NCBI RefSeq assembly: GCF_006345805.1
Contig: NC_043011.1
Location: forward strand, 51,038,464 to 51,102,463
Length of the DNA: 64,000 nucleotides
From: Octopus sinensis
Taxonomy: Eukaryota
Direction of reading: 5' to 3'
Made by a program: the position numbers and the translations under genes. Positions 14,107 through 26,810 of the stretch are shown piece after piece. How positions within the stretch are numbered: the first letter of the stretch is position 1; the number at the start of each line of letters is the position of its first letter. A model generated the notes under the pieces. It was given only the letters and a program-made list of their open reading frames with translations. It did not search any database and was not told the DNA's origin.

Positions 14107-14213
14107 GATAACACAAGTGGTGCTATGGTGATTATTGTTAGTGTACTCTGTACTGAACCTACTTGTCTGGCATAAGTATTGCTCAAAAAACAAATATAAA
14201 GACTGTTGGCTGC

Positions 14214-14442
14214 TTAACCCTTTTGATACCAACCCAGCTGAAACCGGCTCTGGGTCTGTAGTACAAATGTCTTGTTTGCATAAGTTCTGAATTAAAATCT
14301 TCCACCAAACCTTAGTCACAGTTTATGTTCCTAACACTAGCTTAATGATAACTAAGTTATTTTACTAAATTCTTAGTTATATTAAAAGTAATTGAAAGAA
14401 ACACAGAGCTTCTCAAAATAAATGCAGTAACAAAAGGGTTAA
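14214..14442. mobile_element. piggyBac-type MITE
   Basis: TTAA|CCCTTTTGATAC...GTAACAAAAGGG|TTAA. Confidence 0.85.
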
Positions 14443-15519
14443 ACACGATTGAATCTTTGTTTCTAAGTAAACACATAAAGTTGAAAAGAAATTACAACTT
14501 GATTATGTCATGATCAGTTTCAATTAATAAATTTTTAATAAAATTATAGAAAAACTGCTCACTAAGAACCCTGAAAACAATATTTATAAGAGGGAAGTGA
14601 CAAAGTTGAGAAGAAAAACTGAGTCTTATATAAGTAACATTATAGAATATTGACAAAAAGTAGTAGAGAGAAATGAGGAAATGAACTTGAATGATTAGTG
14701 AATTTAATCGACTAACCAATCATGAGGAATGCAGAGCAGTAGAAAGAAAGTGTATATTTCTAAGAGAGGGATAGAAAAGCAAATAATAAACAAGATGTAT
14801 ATAGACGAAATGTTGCTTGTCTTTGGTCCTTATTTGTGTCACTCTTCCACGGAATTTCGTCAGTGAACAGGTCGCGGTTTCAAAGCAACGAAAATATTTT
14901 GACAAATTAAATGGCTTATAAACACCTTCCATGCTGAAATTGTTAATATATGTATATATACGCAAACTCACACATATATACATATATGTATGAGTATTAG
15001 TAGTTATATATATGTATGTGTGTAAAGAAGGAGTATTAGTGGTAATTCATTGAAGTGGTAGCAGCTATAGCTAATAATGGCGTTGCTATATACAGATTCC
15101 AATGGGCCAGAGAAATATGAGCTCTTAAATGGACATCAAGGTTTATGTGTCCTGAATTCAAATATCACATGCCACCATCCCCATCACCAACCTCCTACTT
15201 CTTTTGGAACTAATTCAATACTCCACCAAGTTTGGAGAGACCAACACATGCAGCAAAATCTCAAGAATCAGCTAGAGCTTGCTATGGAATTAAAAAACAA
15301 AAAAAAAATAAGCCCCATGTGACTGAAGATGTCTGAATTCAATAGGAAGCCATGTTCTTCCTTGACGTCACTGCCATGCTCCTGTGTTTTCATCAACTCC
15401 TGCTTCACCTCAACCTTTCAACTCAGGGAGAAGATTAATGAGGAAGTGGCCAAGCTTCTAGGCAGAAGCAAATGTAGGCAGCCAAACTTAAATGTGGTGA
15501 GCTGAAAATAAATTCTTCT

Positions 15520-15921
15520 GTGTGGTAAGTAGCTTGCTTACCAACCACACGGTTCCGGGTTCAGTCCCACTGCGTGGCACCTTGGGCAAGTGTTTTCTAC
15601 TATAGCCTCAAGCTGACCAAAGCCTTGAGTGGATTTCGTAGACGGAAACTGAAAGAAGCCCGTCATATATATGTGTATATATATATATATATATATACAA
15701 GTGTGTGTGTGTATATGTTTGTGTGTCTGTGTTTGTCCCCTCCAACATTGCTTGACAACCGATGCTGGTGTGTTTATGTCCCTGTAACTTAGCAGTTTGG
15801 TAAAAGGAGCTGATAGAATAAGTACTAGGCTTACAAAGAATAAGTCCTGGGGTCGATTTGCTCGACTAAAGCTGGTGCTCCAGCATGGTTACAGTCAAAT
15901 GACTGAAACAAGTAAAAGAGT
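15520..15921 (+). mobile_element. SINE family A
   Basis: Nearly full-length copy. Confidence 0.9.
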
Positions 15922-16129
15922 TAAACAATTGAAGAAATAACTGAGATGTAGTCATTAATAAAAATTACTTTCTTTCAGAAAGAGTATGGGAGAGAACTCT
16001 AATAGTCCAGTAGACTAAATTAAACAGAGATATGCAAGAATAGGGGTGATGGGATGAGGATGAGAGCTTTGGTAGCTATGGCTACAATGTTGGGCATATT
16101 TCAGTCTTATTAAACCTCTTCAGAAGCTA

Positions 16130-16340
16130 TTTCATCCCCAGCCCCACTCCAAGATTTGCTGACACTCTGTAAGGTTCAAGTGAAATCCACAATGGTGTAC
16201 TCCACTTTCATCAGGGACAGGGCTTCTACTGTACTCAGAGACATCCCAGATCACATCAAGAAAAGGGCTGATGGCACTCCATCACAATTGGACTGACTCT
16301 AACTTCTCTTTGACTCCTCAAAGCTGGATGGCCTTGTACC
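16130..16340 (+). mobile_element. Degenerate LINE RT C-terminal fragment
   Basis: Manual translation LTLCKVQVKSTMVYST...PDHIKKRA resembles the LTLYKAQVRxxMEY...DRIQRRA motif of CR1/Jockey-group RTs. Confidence 0.4.
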
Positions 16341-16413
16341 TCTTTGCCATTCATTTCCCCTAACTATGCCCATTCCTCCCCCCCCCCCCCGCCAAAAAAA
16401 AATTAACCCTCAC

Positions 16414-16527
16414 CCCCAACTGGAACCTCCTTCATGCTAATGCTCTTCCTGCAGGTATGGACCTGCAATAGTTTAAACAATCTTGGATGGTCTGCAAGGG
16501 GCGTTGGCTCAATGCCTTCCTTCAGAC
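16414..16527 (-). other. Candidate exon of an unidentified minus-strand gene (114 nt, phase 1-1, open)
   Basis: Strong acceptor tttctttctttcttttttttattgtacatacag| and donor G|gtgagg. Reads (G)LKEGIEPTPLADHPRLFKLLQVHTCRKSISMKEVPVG. Confidence 0.45.
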
Positions 16528-16740
16528 CTGTATGTACAATAAAAAAAAGAAAGAAAGAAAGAAAAATACACTTGTGTGGCTGTGTGGCAAGAGGTTTGCT
16601 TCCCAGCCACATGCTTCTGGGTTCAGTCCCACAGCATGACACCTCGGACAAATGTCTTCTACTATAGCCTGTGACCAAGCAAAAATTTGTGAATAGATGT
16701 GACACTCAGAAACTAAAGGTGTATGTATGTGTGTGTGTGT

Positions 16741-16775
<35 letters not shown>

Positions 16776-17200
16776 CATCATCATCATTGTCGTTTAACGT
16801 CCGCTTTCCATGCTAGCATGGGTTGGACGGTTCAACTGGGGTCTCGCAAGCCCGAAGGCTGCACCAGGCCAGTCAGATCTGGCAGTGTTTCTACAGCTGG
16901 ATGCCCTTCCTAACGCCAACCACTCTGAGAGTGTAGTGGGTGATTTTATGTGCCACCGACACAGGTGCCAGACGAGGCTGGCAGACGGCCACGCTTGGAT
17001 GGTGTTTTTTATGTGCCACCGACACAGGTGCCAGACGAGGCTGGCAGACGGCCACGCTTGGATGGTGTTTTCTTATGTGTCACCGACACAGGTGCCAGAC
17101 GAGGCTGGCGGACGGCCACGCTCAGATGGTGTTTGTTACGTGCCCTCAGCACGGAGGCCAGTCGTTGCGGTACTGGCTACGATCACGTTCGGATGGTTTT

Positions 17201-17248
<48 letters not shown>

Positions 17249-17412
17249 GAGGCGCAATGGCCCAGTGGTTAGGGCAGCGGGCTCGCGGTTGTAGGATCAC
17301 GGTTTCGATTCCCAGAGCGGGGTCGCATCATTTGAAGGCTAAAAACAATGCGAAGCGCATTGTGACCAGCGATGTGTAACTACATCTGATGGACTGGTCG
17401 GTCACGTGATCC

Positions 17413-17458
<46 letters not shown>

Positions 17459-18035
17459 GTGTGTGTGTGTCTTTGTCCCACACTACTACAACAATGGTGT
17501 TGGTTTGTTTATGTTCAAGCAATTTAGTGGTTTGGCAAAAGAGACCGATAGGATAAGTACCAGGCTTACAGAAACCCTCCAAGGCAGTGCCCCAGCATCA
17601 CTGCAGTCCAATGATTGAAATGAGTGAAAGATAAGACACGACTTCAAGCATAATATCGTTAAGATATTAAAATACTTAATTGCTTAGTTTACAATAATGA
17701 CACTGGAAAAATGTCCTTGTGTGTGTCTTCTCAATAAGGAACACAAAGTTAAGTACAGGTTAATATATATAATATGCAGGCATGGTTATGTGGTTAAGAA
17801 GTTTGCTTTCTAACCATATGGCTTTGGGTTCAATCCCTCAGCATGGTATCTTCTACTATAGAGACGAGCAGACCAAATCCTTGTGAGTGATAGATAGAAA
17901 CTGAACAAATCCCATTGTATATATGTATATGTATATTTGAGTTTATCTTTCATCACCATTTGATAACCAGTGCTGGTTTGTTTACATCCTTGTTATATAC
18001 ATATACATATATATATATAAATATAGATAGATATA

Positions 18036-18312
18036 CAGTGATGCCTCAATATATGAGTTAATTTGTTCCTGGAGACCACTTGTAAAGCAGAGCAATAATT
18101 TCCCATAGTAACAATGTTATAAATCATAATTTGTTCTCCGAAAAACAGGCGTAGGAGTGGCTGTGTGGTAAGTAGCTTGTTTACCAACCACATGGTTCCG
18201 GGTTCAGTCCCACTGCGTGGCACCTTGGGCAAGTGTCTTCTACTATAGCCTCGGGCCGACCAAAGCCTTGTGAGTGGATTTGGTAGACGGAAACTGAAAG
18301 AAGCCCGTCGTA

Positions 18313-18372
<60 letters not shown>

Positions 18373-18961
18373 TGGTTGTGTTTGTGAGCCTGTGTTTGTC
18401 CCCCTAGCATTGCTTGACAACCGATGCTGGTTTGTTTATGTCCCCATTACTTAGCGGTTCGGCAAAAGAGACCAATAGAATAAGTACTGGGCTTACAAAA
18501 GAATAAGTCCCGGGGTCGAGTTGCTCGATTAAAAAAGGCAGTGCTCCAGCATGGCCGCAGTCAAATGACTGAATCAAGTAAAAGAGTATATGGTAATAAA
18601 ACAATAGTAGAATGTAAAGAATATTTTACATAAGTAAAAAGAATATCAAGACCGTTTGTAATAAAAAATAATATTATATATTGCACTAGACTTGCACACA
18701 CCATCACTTGTAGATGTGATTGCCGATCCACAAGCACTCATAGACAGACTTGTAGATTTCTTTTTAAAAAACAAGTCTAGAGTTGTTTGCTTAGAAGAAG
18801 CTTTTTTCCACTCTATAAATTTCTCAGTAACATGCAGAAGCATTGGTTATGGTAGTAGAAACTTTTGCACTACATTCAAAATGTGGATCTTGTGCTTGAA
18901 AAATAAAACTCGTAAAACCAGGGTCTCGTAAAGCAGGTCCTTGTAATGTGAAGTGTTACTG
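18036..18961 (-). mobile_element. Tigger/pogo-family deletion derivative with nested SINE
   Basis: TA|CAGTGATGCCTC...AAGTGTTACTG|TA termini and subterminal ctcgtaaa repeats. The minus-strand relic EWKKASSKQTTLDLFFKK resembles a pogo transposase C-terminus. A SINE is inserted at 18147-18588. Confidence 0.7.
18147..18588 (+). mobile_element. SINE family A nested in the Tigger element
   Basis: Full-length copy. Confidence 0.92.
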
Positions 18962-20857
18962 TACTAATATTTTTGTGTGTACCTGTATGTATACAAACAG
19001 GTTGTTGCCAACAATGTTTGGCAGCTGCACCACCCACAATAAAGCACCAAGAAATCCTTTTACCAATCAATAAACCTTACTGTCAACCAGGTGCATAAAT
19101 TACAGTAACCTGCACTAAACTCTGAGGAAGGAGTGGTTGGCTTTATGTTGGGGATTGAGGAGGTCAGTATAAAGAAAGAGAGCAGGTTCTAGTAGCAGAG
19201 CTGCATGGGTACTCACACAGATGTTATTCAAAATCATTATCTGTTCATACTATATCCTGTTAATAAGCACTGAATGTTTAGTAGAATCTGTGAACATTCA
19301 GTTTTGTTTGAGTACATTAAATAGGTTTCAGGTACACAATATGCTATTTGGTGGAGGTGCGTGGCTTAGTGGTTAGGGTGTCAGCATCATGATTGTAAGA
19401 TTGTGGTTTCGATTCCTGGACCAGGCAACGCGTGTTCTTGAGCAAAACACGTCATTTCCAGTCCACTCAGCTGGGGAACACATACGCCATAGAAACTGGG
19501 AAACCAGGCCCATGAGCCTGGCGAGGCTTTAAAAGGGTGCATTTATTATATATTATCTGAGTACACAATGTTGTTTGAATACACTAAATGATATAAATTA
19601 TCCGTCACTCAGTATAGTTCCTATGAAATGAATAAACTGACACCATTATGCCTCCATATCCATTTGACCACTGGTTCAACACTTCCCACTCCACTCCAGT
19701 GAGATGAACAAGGTCAAAGGTCATATTTATAGGCACAGGTATCACTGTGTAGTAGTTAGCTTGCTTCCCAAGCATATGGTTTTGGGCTCAGTCCCACTGC
19801 ATGGCATCTCGGGCAAGAAAGAAGCCTGTAATATATATATATATATATATATATATAGCATCATCATCATTTAACATCCATTATCCATGGATTGGATGGG
19901 TGATATATATATATATATCTATGTGTGTATATATATATATGTGTGTGTGTGTATGTCTTTGTGCCTGTGTCTGTCCCCACTCCCTGCTACCATTACACAA
20001 CCGGTGTTGATGAGTTCACGTCCCAGTAATGTAGCGGGTCGGCAATAGTGAGTGATAGAATAAGTACCAGACTTAACTAAACATAAGTACTGGGGTTGAT
20101 TCATTTGACTAAAAATTCTTCAAGGCAGTGCCCCAGCATGGCCACAATCTAGTGACTGAAACAAGTAAAAGGTAGTGTAACAATAATCCTTTCTACTATA
20201 GCCATAAGTCCTGAAATTTTGGGGGGAGGAGCTGGTCGATTAAATTGACCCAAGTGCACAACTGGTACTTATTTCACTGATCCTGAAAGGACGACAGGCA
20301 AAGCTGACCTTGGCAGAATATGGACTCTGAACATAAAGACAGACAAAATGTTGCTAAGCATTTTGCCTGGCATGCTAATGATTTTTTTCTTTTTCCTACT
20401 TTAGGCACAAGGCCCTAAATTTTGAGGGCGGGGGCCAGTTGATTAGATTGAACCTCAGTACGCAACTGGTACCTAGTTTATCGACCACAAAAAAATGAAA
20501 AGCAAAGTCGACCTTGGCGGAATATGAACTCAGAAATAAGAGACAGATGAAACGCTGCTAAGCATTTCGCCCAACGTGCTAACGTTTCTTATTTCTTTAT
20601 TGCCCACAAGGGGCTAAACATAGAGGGGACAAACAAGGACAGACAAAGGGATTAAGTCGATTACATCGACCCCCCAGTGCGTAACTGGTACTTAATTTAT
20701 CGACCTCGAAAGGATGAAAGGCAAAGTCGACCTCGGCAGACAAAATACTGCTAAGCATTTCGCCCAGCGTGCTAACGTTTCTGCCAGCTTGCCACCTTTG
20801 TATGCTAATAATTCTGTCAGTTCACTGTGTAAAAATAATGCAAACATGCTGACTTAC

Positions 20858-20966
20858 CTTACCCAGACTGTTCAATATTACACAGATGACTCAGAATGTC
20901 TGTCACCAATGGTTGTTTCAGCAACATTCACCCAACAAATTTAACATATTTGATCAGCAACAAAAC
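20858..20966 (-). other. Candidate non-coding (5' UTR or lncRNA) exon
   Basis: ttttctccactctttcacag| ... AAG|gtaagt; stops in all three frames. Confidence 0.4.
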
Positions 20967-22062
20967 CTGTGAAAGAGTGGAGAAAATGCAAACACTTAGA
21001 GGTAGGCATAAGGTAATATGCAGATCTACCCCACCAGTTTATACAATGTCATCATTGTTACTTTGACTGTCCACTTGGGTAAATTTTCTATGGCCAGAAA
21101 CCCTTCCTGGTACCAACTCTTGTCTAAGTGTATATATATACTTTATAAATAGGGTTCAGCAACGATTTGCTTCACCACATACAGAAGTTTAGAACTAGCA
21201 GTCAAAAAATCTTAGCTATTCCTTCTACTTTTGCCTTACGTGGTTTGTTTTCAAGTGCTTTTGTTTTCCTGGGACCCCACTTTAAAGTAGACAGAATAGC
21301 TAAGATTTTTTGACTGCTATTTCTAAACTTCAGTATGTGGTGAAGCAAATCATTGCTGAACCCTATTTATAACGTATTACTTAAGCTTACCATGAAATGG
21401 TCTTTTTCATGCCGAATTCTGCTTGGTGAAATTATTGATTACTTCTTAATTAATTAATTTCACCCTTTTTTATTATCATATATATATATATACATATATT
21501 GTGTGTGTGTGTGTGTAGTATTTAATATTTAGCAGAAGCAACAGAGTGACAAAGGCTAGGAGTTCTGTGTGTTGGCACTTATCAAACTTCGTTGCTTCTG
21601 CTAAATATTAATAAAATATACATATACACACACTTTGAGTTCTATTTCCTCTGTTTGTATCACCATACTTTTATGTACACACATTTCTCTTTTACTTGTT
21701 TCAGTCATTTGACTGTGGCCATGCTGGAGCACCACCTTTAGTCGAACAAATCGACCCCAGGACTTATTATTTGAAAGCCCAGTATTTATTCTATCGGTCT
21801 CTTTTACCGAACCGCTAAGTTACGGGGACGTAAACACACCAGCGTCGGTTGCCAAGCGATTTGGGGAGACAAACTCAGACACACAAACATATACATATAT
21901 GCGACGAGCCTCTTTCAGTTTCCGTCTACCAAATCTACCCACAAGGCTTTGGTTGGCCGAGGCTATAGTAGAAGACACTTGCCAAGGTGCCACGCAGTGG
22001 GAATGAAGCCAGAACCATGTGGTTGGTAAACAAGCTACTTACCACACAGCCACTCCTGCTTA

Positions 22063-22102
<40 letters not shown>

Positions 22103-22523
22103 TATATATATATAAATATATATATAATAATATATAAATATATATATAAATAAATATAAGCAGGAGTGGCTGTGTGGTAAGTAGCTTGTTTACCAACCAC
22201 ATGGTTCTGGCTTCATTCCCACTGCGTGGCACCTTGGGCAAGTGTCTTCTACTATAGCCTCGGGCCAACCAAAGCCTTGTGGGTAGATTTGGTAGACGGA
22301 AACTGAAAGAGGCTCGTCGCATATATGTATATGTTTGTGTGTCTGAGTTTGTCTCCCCAAAATCGCTTGGCAACCGACGCTGGTGTGTTTACGTCCCCGT
22401 AACTTAGCGGTTCGGTAAAAGAGACCGATAGAATAAATACTGGGCTTTCAAATAATAAGTCCTGGGGTCGATTTGTTCGACTAAAGGTGGTGCTCCAGCA
22501 TATATATATATATGTATGTATAT

Positions 22524-22578
<55 letters not shown>

Positions 22579-22613
22579 GTATATATTATATATATATAAT
22601 ATATATATATATG

Positions 22614-22662
<49 letters not shown>

Positions 22663-22698
22663 ATATGTATATATATATATAATATATATATATATATA

Positions 22699-22741
<43 letters not shown>

Positions 22742-23339
22742 GTATATATATATATATAAATGCAGGCATGGCTGTATGATGAAGAAGTTTGTTTCTCAAC
22801 CACATGATTTCAGGTTCAGTGCCCCTGTGCAGCACCTTGGGTAATTGTCCTCTAATTATAAGCTCCTGGCCAATCAAAGCCTTATGAGTCGATTTGGCAG
22901 ATGGAAACTGAAAGAATCCTGTCACATACACATATATATGTGTGTATGTCTTTGTGTTTGTCTCCCACCATTGCTTGACAACCAATGTTGGTTTGTTTAC
23001 GTCTCAGCAACTTAGTGGCTCGGCAAAAGCAACCGATACAATACCAGATTTTAAGAAACAACTACAGGGTTCGATTTGTTCCACTAAAACCTTTGAAGAA
23101 GAACTTCAGGTACAAAACAAAAGGAATCGTATAGAAACGATATAACACATCCACCCAATTTACAAATAAGTCACAATTTTTTTAAGTAGCTACTAAGATT
23201 AATTAAAATGAGTTAATTATTGTTTCATGATATATAAAATTAGTTTTATATGTATATCAGCAATCCTTTGATATTGGTATACATCATTCATCCATACAAC
23301 TTTCCCTCATGACATAAAGAGGCTAAATTGAAATGTAGG

Positions 23340-23721
23340 AGGAGCACTCCGTCGGTTGCGACGATGAGGGTCCCAGCTGATACGATCAACGGAACAGCTT
23401 GCTCGTGACATTTACGTGCAAGTGGCTGAGCACTCCACAGACACGTGCACCCTTAACATAGTTCTCAGGGAGATTCAGCGTGACACACAGAATGTGACAA
23501 GGCTGGCCCCTTGAAATACAGGTACAAGAGAAACAGGAAGAAAGAGCGAGAGAAAGTTGTGGTGAGAGAGTACAGCAGGGTTCACCACCATCCCTGCCGG
23601 AGCCTCGTGGAGCTTTAGGTGTTTTCGTTCAATAAACACTCACAATGCCCGGTCTGGGAATCGAAACCGCGATCCTCCGACCGCGAGTCCGCTGCCCTAA
23701 CCACTGGGCCATTGCGCCTCC
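23340..23721 (-). mobile_element. SINE family B, tail type 2
   Basis: Same head, core and tail as 39913; 12-bp TSD ctaaattgaaat. Confidence 0.9.
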
Positions 23722-24959
23722 ACTAAATTGAAATAAAGGGTGAATGACGCCGTCTCCTCATTCAGACACTCTTTAGACCAATACTGAAGGGGTGCCTGTA
23801 TAAGTTTTGTAGACATCCGGCGACTCCACACATGGTGTAATGATACTTTGAAACGAGGGAGCCTGTGATTAGTAAGACTAATTAAACTAAGTCAATTACT
23901 GTTGTGTAGTATATTTTATGAATAATAAAACAATACTTTAGAATTTTTCTGGACATTCTTGGAGTTCAGTAAATCGTTTCTATCTTGTTCCTCTTGTTTT
24001 GTTTCCGGAGGTTGTTTACGAAACATTACCGTATTTTATCGTCAAGTGTTCGTAAAATAACAATGGTAATGGTCTTAAATGTTGGCACAAGACCAGTAAT
24101 TTTAGGGGCTGCGAGGGCAAGTCGATTACATCGATCACAGTACTTGATTGATCACTTATTTTATCGACTCAGGAGGGATGAAAAACAAAACTGATCCCGG
24201 CGTGATTTGAATTCAGAACATAAAGAGCCGGAAAAAAAAACCTCTAAGCATTTTCGTCCGACGCTCTCCCACAGTTCTACCCAGCTGGAATAATTGTTTC
24301 AAATTCAAGCACAAGGCCAGCAATTTCATAGGGGAGTTTGTTGATACTATCGTAATCAGACTGGTACTTATTTTAAGGATAAAAGGTAAAGCTGGCCTCG
24401 GTGCTATGTAAACTAAAAAAAAAGTACTGAGCCAGAATCGCACAAAGCTATGGAGGTTGTAGGTGATCAGACCAGCAAGATTATTTCATCGGCACTTTTT
24501 GTTCGCCAAAATATTTTCAAACAATAAGTGCAATGTCTGATCGTGTAGAGTCATATTTAGTTTCTTACAAAATCAAATTAAAATACCATTTCGTCCACAT
24601 CACTAAAATATTAATATTAAAATAGGACCCTTGTTAAGTTTCTTCCAACCACTTAAAGTACTTCAAATTTTCAGATTACAAAGAAAAACGAAAATCTCAT
24701 CAGTGTAGAAAATTTGAAAAAGTCTGAAAAATTTAACAACATTCTTTAATTATATTACAGATCGTTTTGCAGTTACAATTTCCTCTTCCCGCCACCTAAA
24801 AATTATTCCCGATTTTAAAATAAAAGTATCTCGTTTACTTAGACAACGTCTAAATAATGGATCGTGAATGGCAAATTAATTAAAGTAAACAAAATAGCAA
24901 AGATATTTAGGATAATTAATAATATAAAATAAAAACGAAAGTAGAAATCAGAACTAACC

Positions 24960-25070
24960 TGTAAACAATAAACAAACACAACACAAACTGATTAGTTGAG
25001 CTCTTCTGTGCGCATGTGATTACAGAAGAGCGTTAAACTCCAGCAGGGAGGTGACTCTCTTCCGGTTCTT
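24960..25070 (-). promoter_or_regulatory. Candidate promoter/first exon of a minus-strand transcript
   Basis: NRF1-like tgcgcatgtg at about 25010 and ETS-like cttccggt at about 25040, in a CpG-richer stretch; minus-strand CAG|gttagt donor at about 24958. Confidence 0.3.
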
Positions 25071-25769
25071 TCAGAATTACATCGTGAAGGGTTATTGGAA
25101 CTTATTTCGATAATTTTTTTTTGTAAATTTAATCTTTTGGGTATTTACAAGCATTTTTACGGAAAGAAAAACATTAAATGTATAAATGATAAAATTTTCG
25201 ATAACCCCCTCCCCACAACCACCTTACCAAGGAAACAAAGAAAAAAAGCAAAGGCGGAATAAAGTAACAAAAATATGGGTGGCGGGAGAGCGTAGCAAAT
25301 TGTAAATTCCAAACCAAATGACATGAAGACATCCAATTTATCTTGCTCGTATTTTTCAGGACATATCCTGGATTTAGGCGTCAATATTTGCGTACGCAAA
25401 GAATTTTTTAAAAATTTCCAAGAGTCTGGAATTTTAGTTTATAACAGTAGAAATCATATTTGAATTTTTTCCGCGGTATGAAACGTTGGGACGTTACCAG
25501 CAGATGGTTCTTATACCATTTTGCATGTAGTTATAGAAGGCGATTTAGCTTACATCGGGTCTCGTTCTGGTATGCAGTATTGACAAATCTCAAAAACTGA
25601 CGAAACATCGATCTCTATCGCCCCTGAATGGAGCCTGATGCAAGTTATCGCGCTTGCTCTATGATTTCCATGTCTTTTAACACCAGATGCATCGAGAGAA
25701 TATATTCTCTTACGCCTTTAAACGCAGCATACCCACGAACTAGCAAAACACATACTACATACGGTGTAC

Positions 25770-26580
25770 CCAGTGTAAGCTATGGACACACGAGGTGCAG
25801 TCGATTAATGGGAAGGTTATCTGAAAAGATAGTTTTCGTATGTGGAAGATGCACAGGATCCATATTTTGAGATTGGGGAAATTGATTCTCTCAAACGTCC
25901 TGGTGGCTTATTAGAAGTAGTAGATAATTTCTACTACCTAGGGGACCAGATTAGTTGTGGGGGAGGATGCTCAGAGAGCATGATAGCAAGAATAAGTATA
26001 GGAGGGAGTAAATTGAGAGAGCTGTTACCCGTTGGGCATGAGGTTTTCTCTCTCCGAGTAAAAGGAAGATTGTATGATGCATGTATACGAACGGCAATTC
26101 TACATGGTAGTGAGAGGTGGGCCCTGAATGCAGAGGACATGCGAAGGTTAGAAATGAATGAAGTGAGTTTGCTCCGCTGGATGTGTATAGTAAGTGTACA
26201 TGTTCGACAAAATGCCTGTGTTCTGAGAGAGCAGTTAGGCATAAGAGGAGTTAGTTGTTGCATGCAAGAGAGAAGACTGCGTTGGTTTGGTCATATGATG
26301 CAGATGGATGCTGACAGCTCCATAAAGAAGAGCTGATCTCTCAAAGTAGATGGAACACTTGGAAGTGGGAGACCCAGGAAGACGTGGGATAAAGTACTGA
26401 AGAACGACCTCAAGGAGCTTCGTACTCCGCAGTAGAAGTGTTAAGGCCAGTCTCTATGGCGGTGAAAAGTGTCCGTGCGGTGCCACGCAAAAGCGCCTGT
26501 GCAGTTGCACATAAAAGCATCCATGCACACTCTGTAATGCCGTTGGTGTTAGAGAGGTTACCCAGCCGTAAAAACCATGA
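25770..26580 (+). mobile_element. RTE-X-like LINE 3' fragment (RT thumb/C-terminus plus 3' UTR)
   Basis: FVCGRCTG...EVVDNFYYLGDQISCGGG...KGRLYDACIRTAILHGSERW...LLRWMC...ERRLRWFGH...GRPRKTWDKV, with a frameshift and stop. The 3' UTR resembles the (GAT)n-tailed elements elsewhere in the window. Confidence 0.85.
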
Positions 26581-26729
26581 TTCCTTTTTTCTTCTTCTTA
26601 ATCCTTTCTCTTGACGAGAGTAGGCTCGAAACGTCGAAAAACTTTTCCATTCTTTCCGCGCGTTAAACTAATACAGCTGTTTGTTGTCCCTTCACTTGTC
26701 TTTGTCTTTTGTTTTCAGTAAAGTTGAAC

Positions 26730-26792
<63 letters not shown>

Positions 26793-26810
26793 TATATATA
26801 TATATATACA

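Noticed and set aside
17248-17320. tRNA gene
   Set aside because: The tRNA-like sequence is a SINE head continuing into SINE body, with no proper acceptor stem or terminator. The same applies to the other heads.
19711-19723. Perfect nuclear-receptor DR1 site AGGTCAAAGGTCA
   Set aside because: It is a single short motif of a kind common in mollusc repeats, with no supporting context.
20858-20966. In-frame TGA read as selenocysteine or an A-to-I-edited Trp codon
   Set aside because: The same frame also has TAA before the strong donor, there is no selenoprotein motif and no SECIS was seen.
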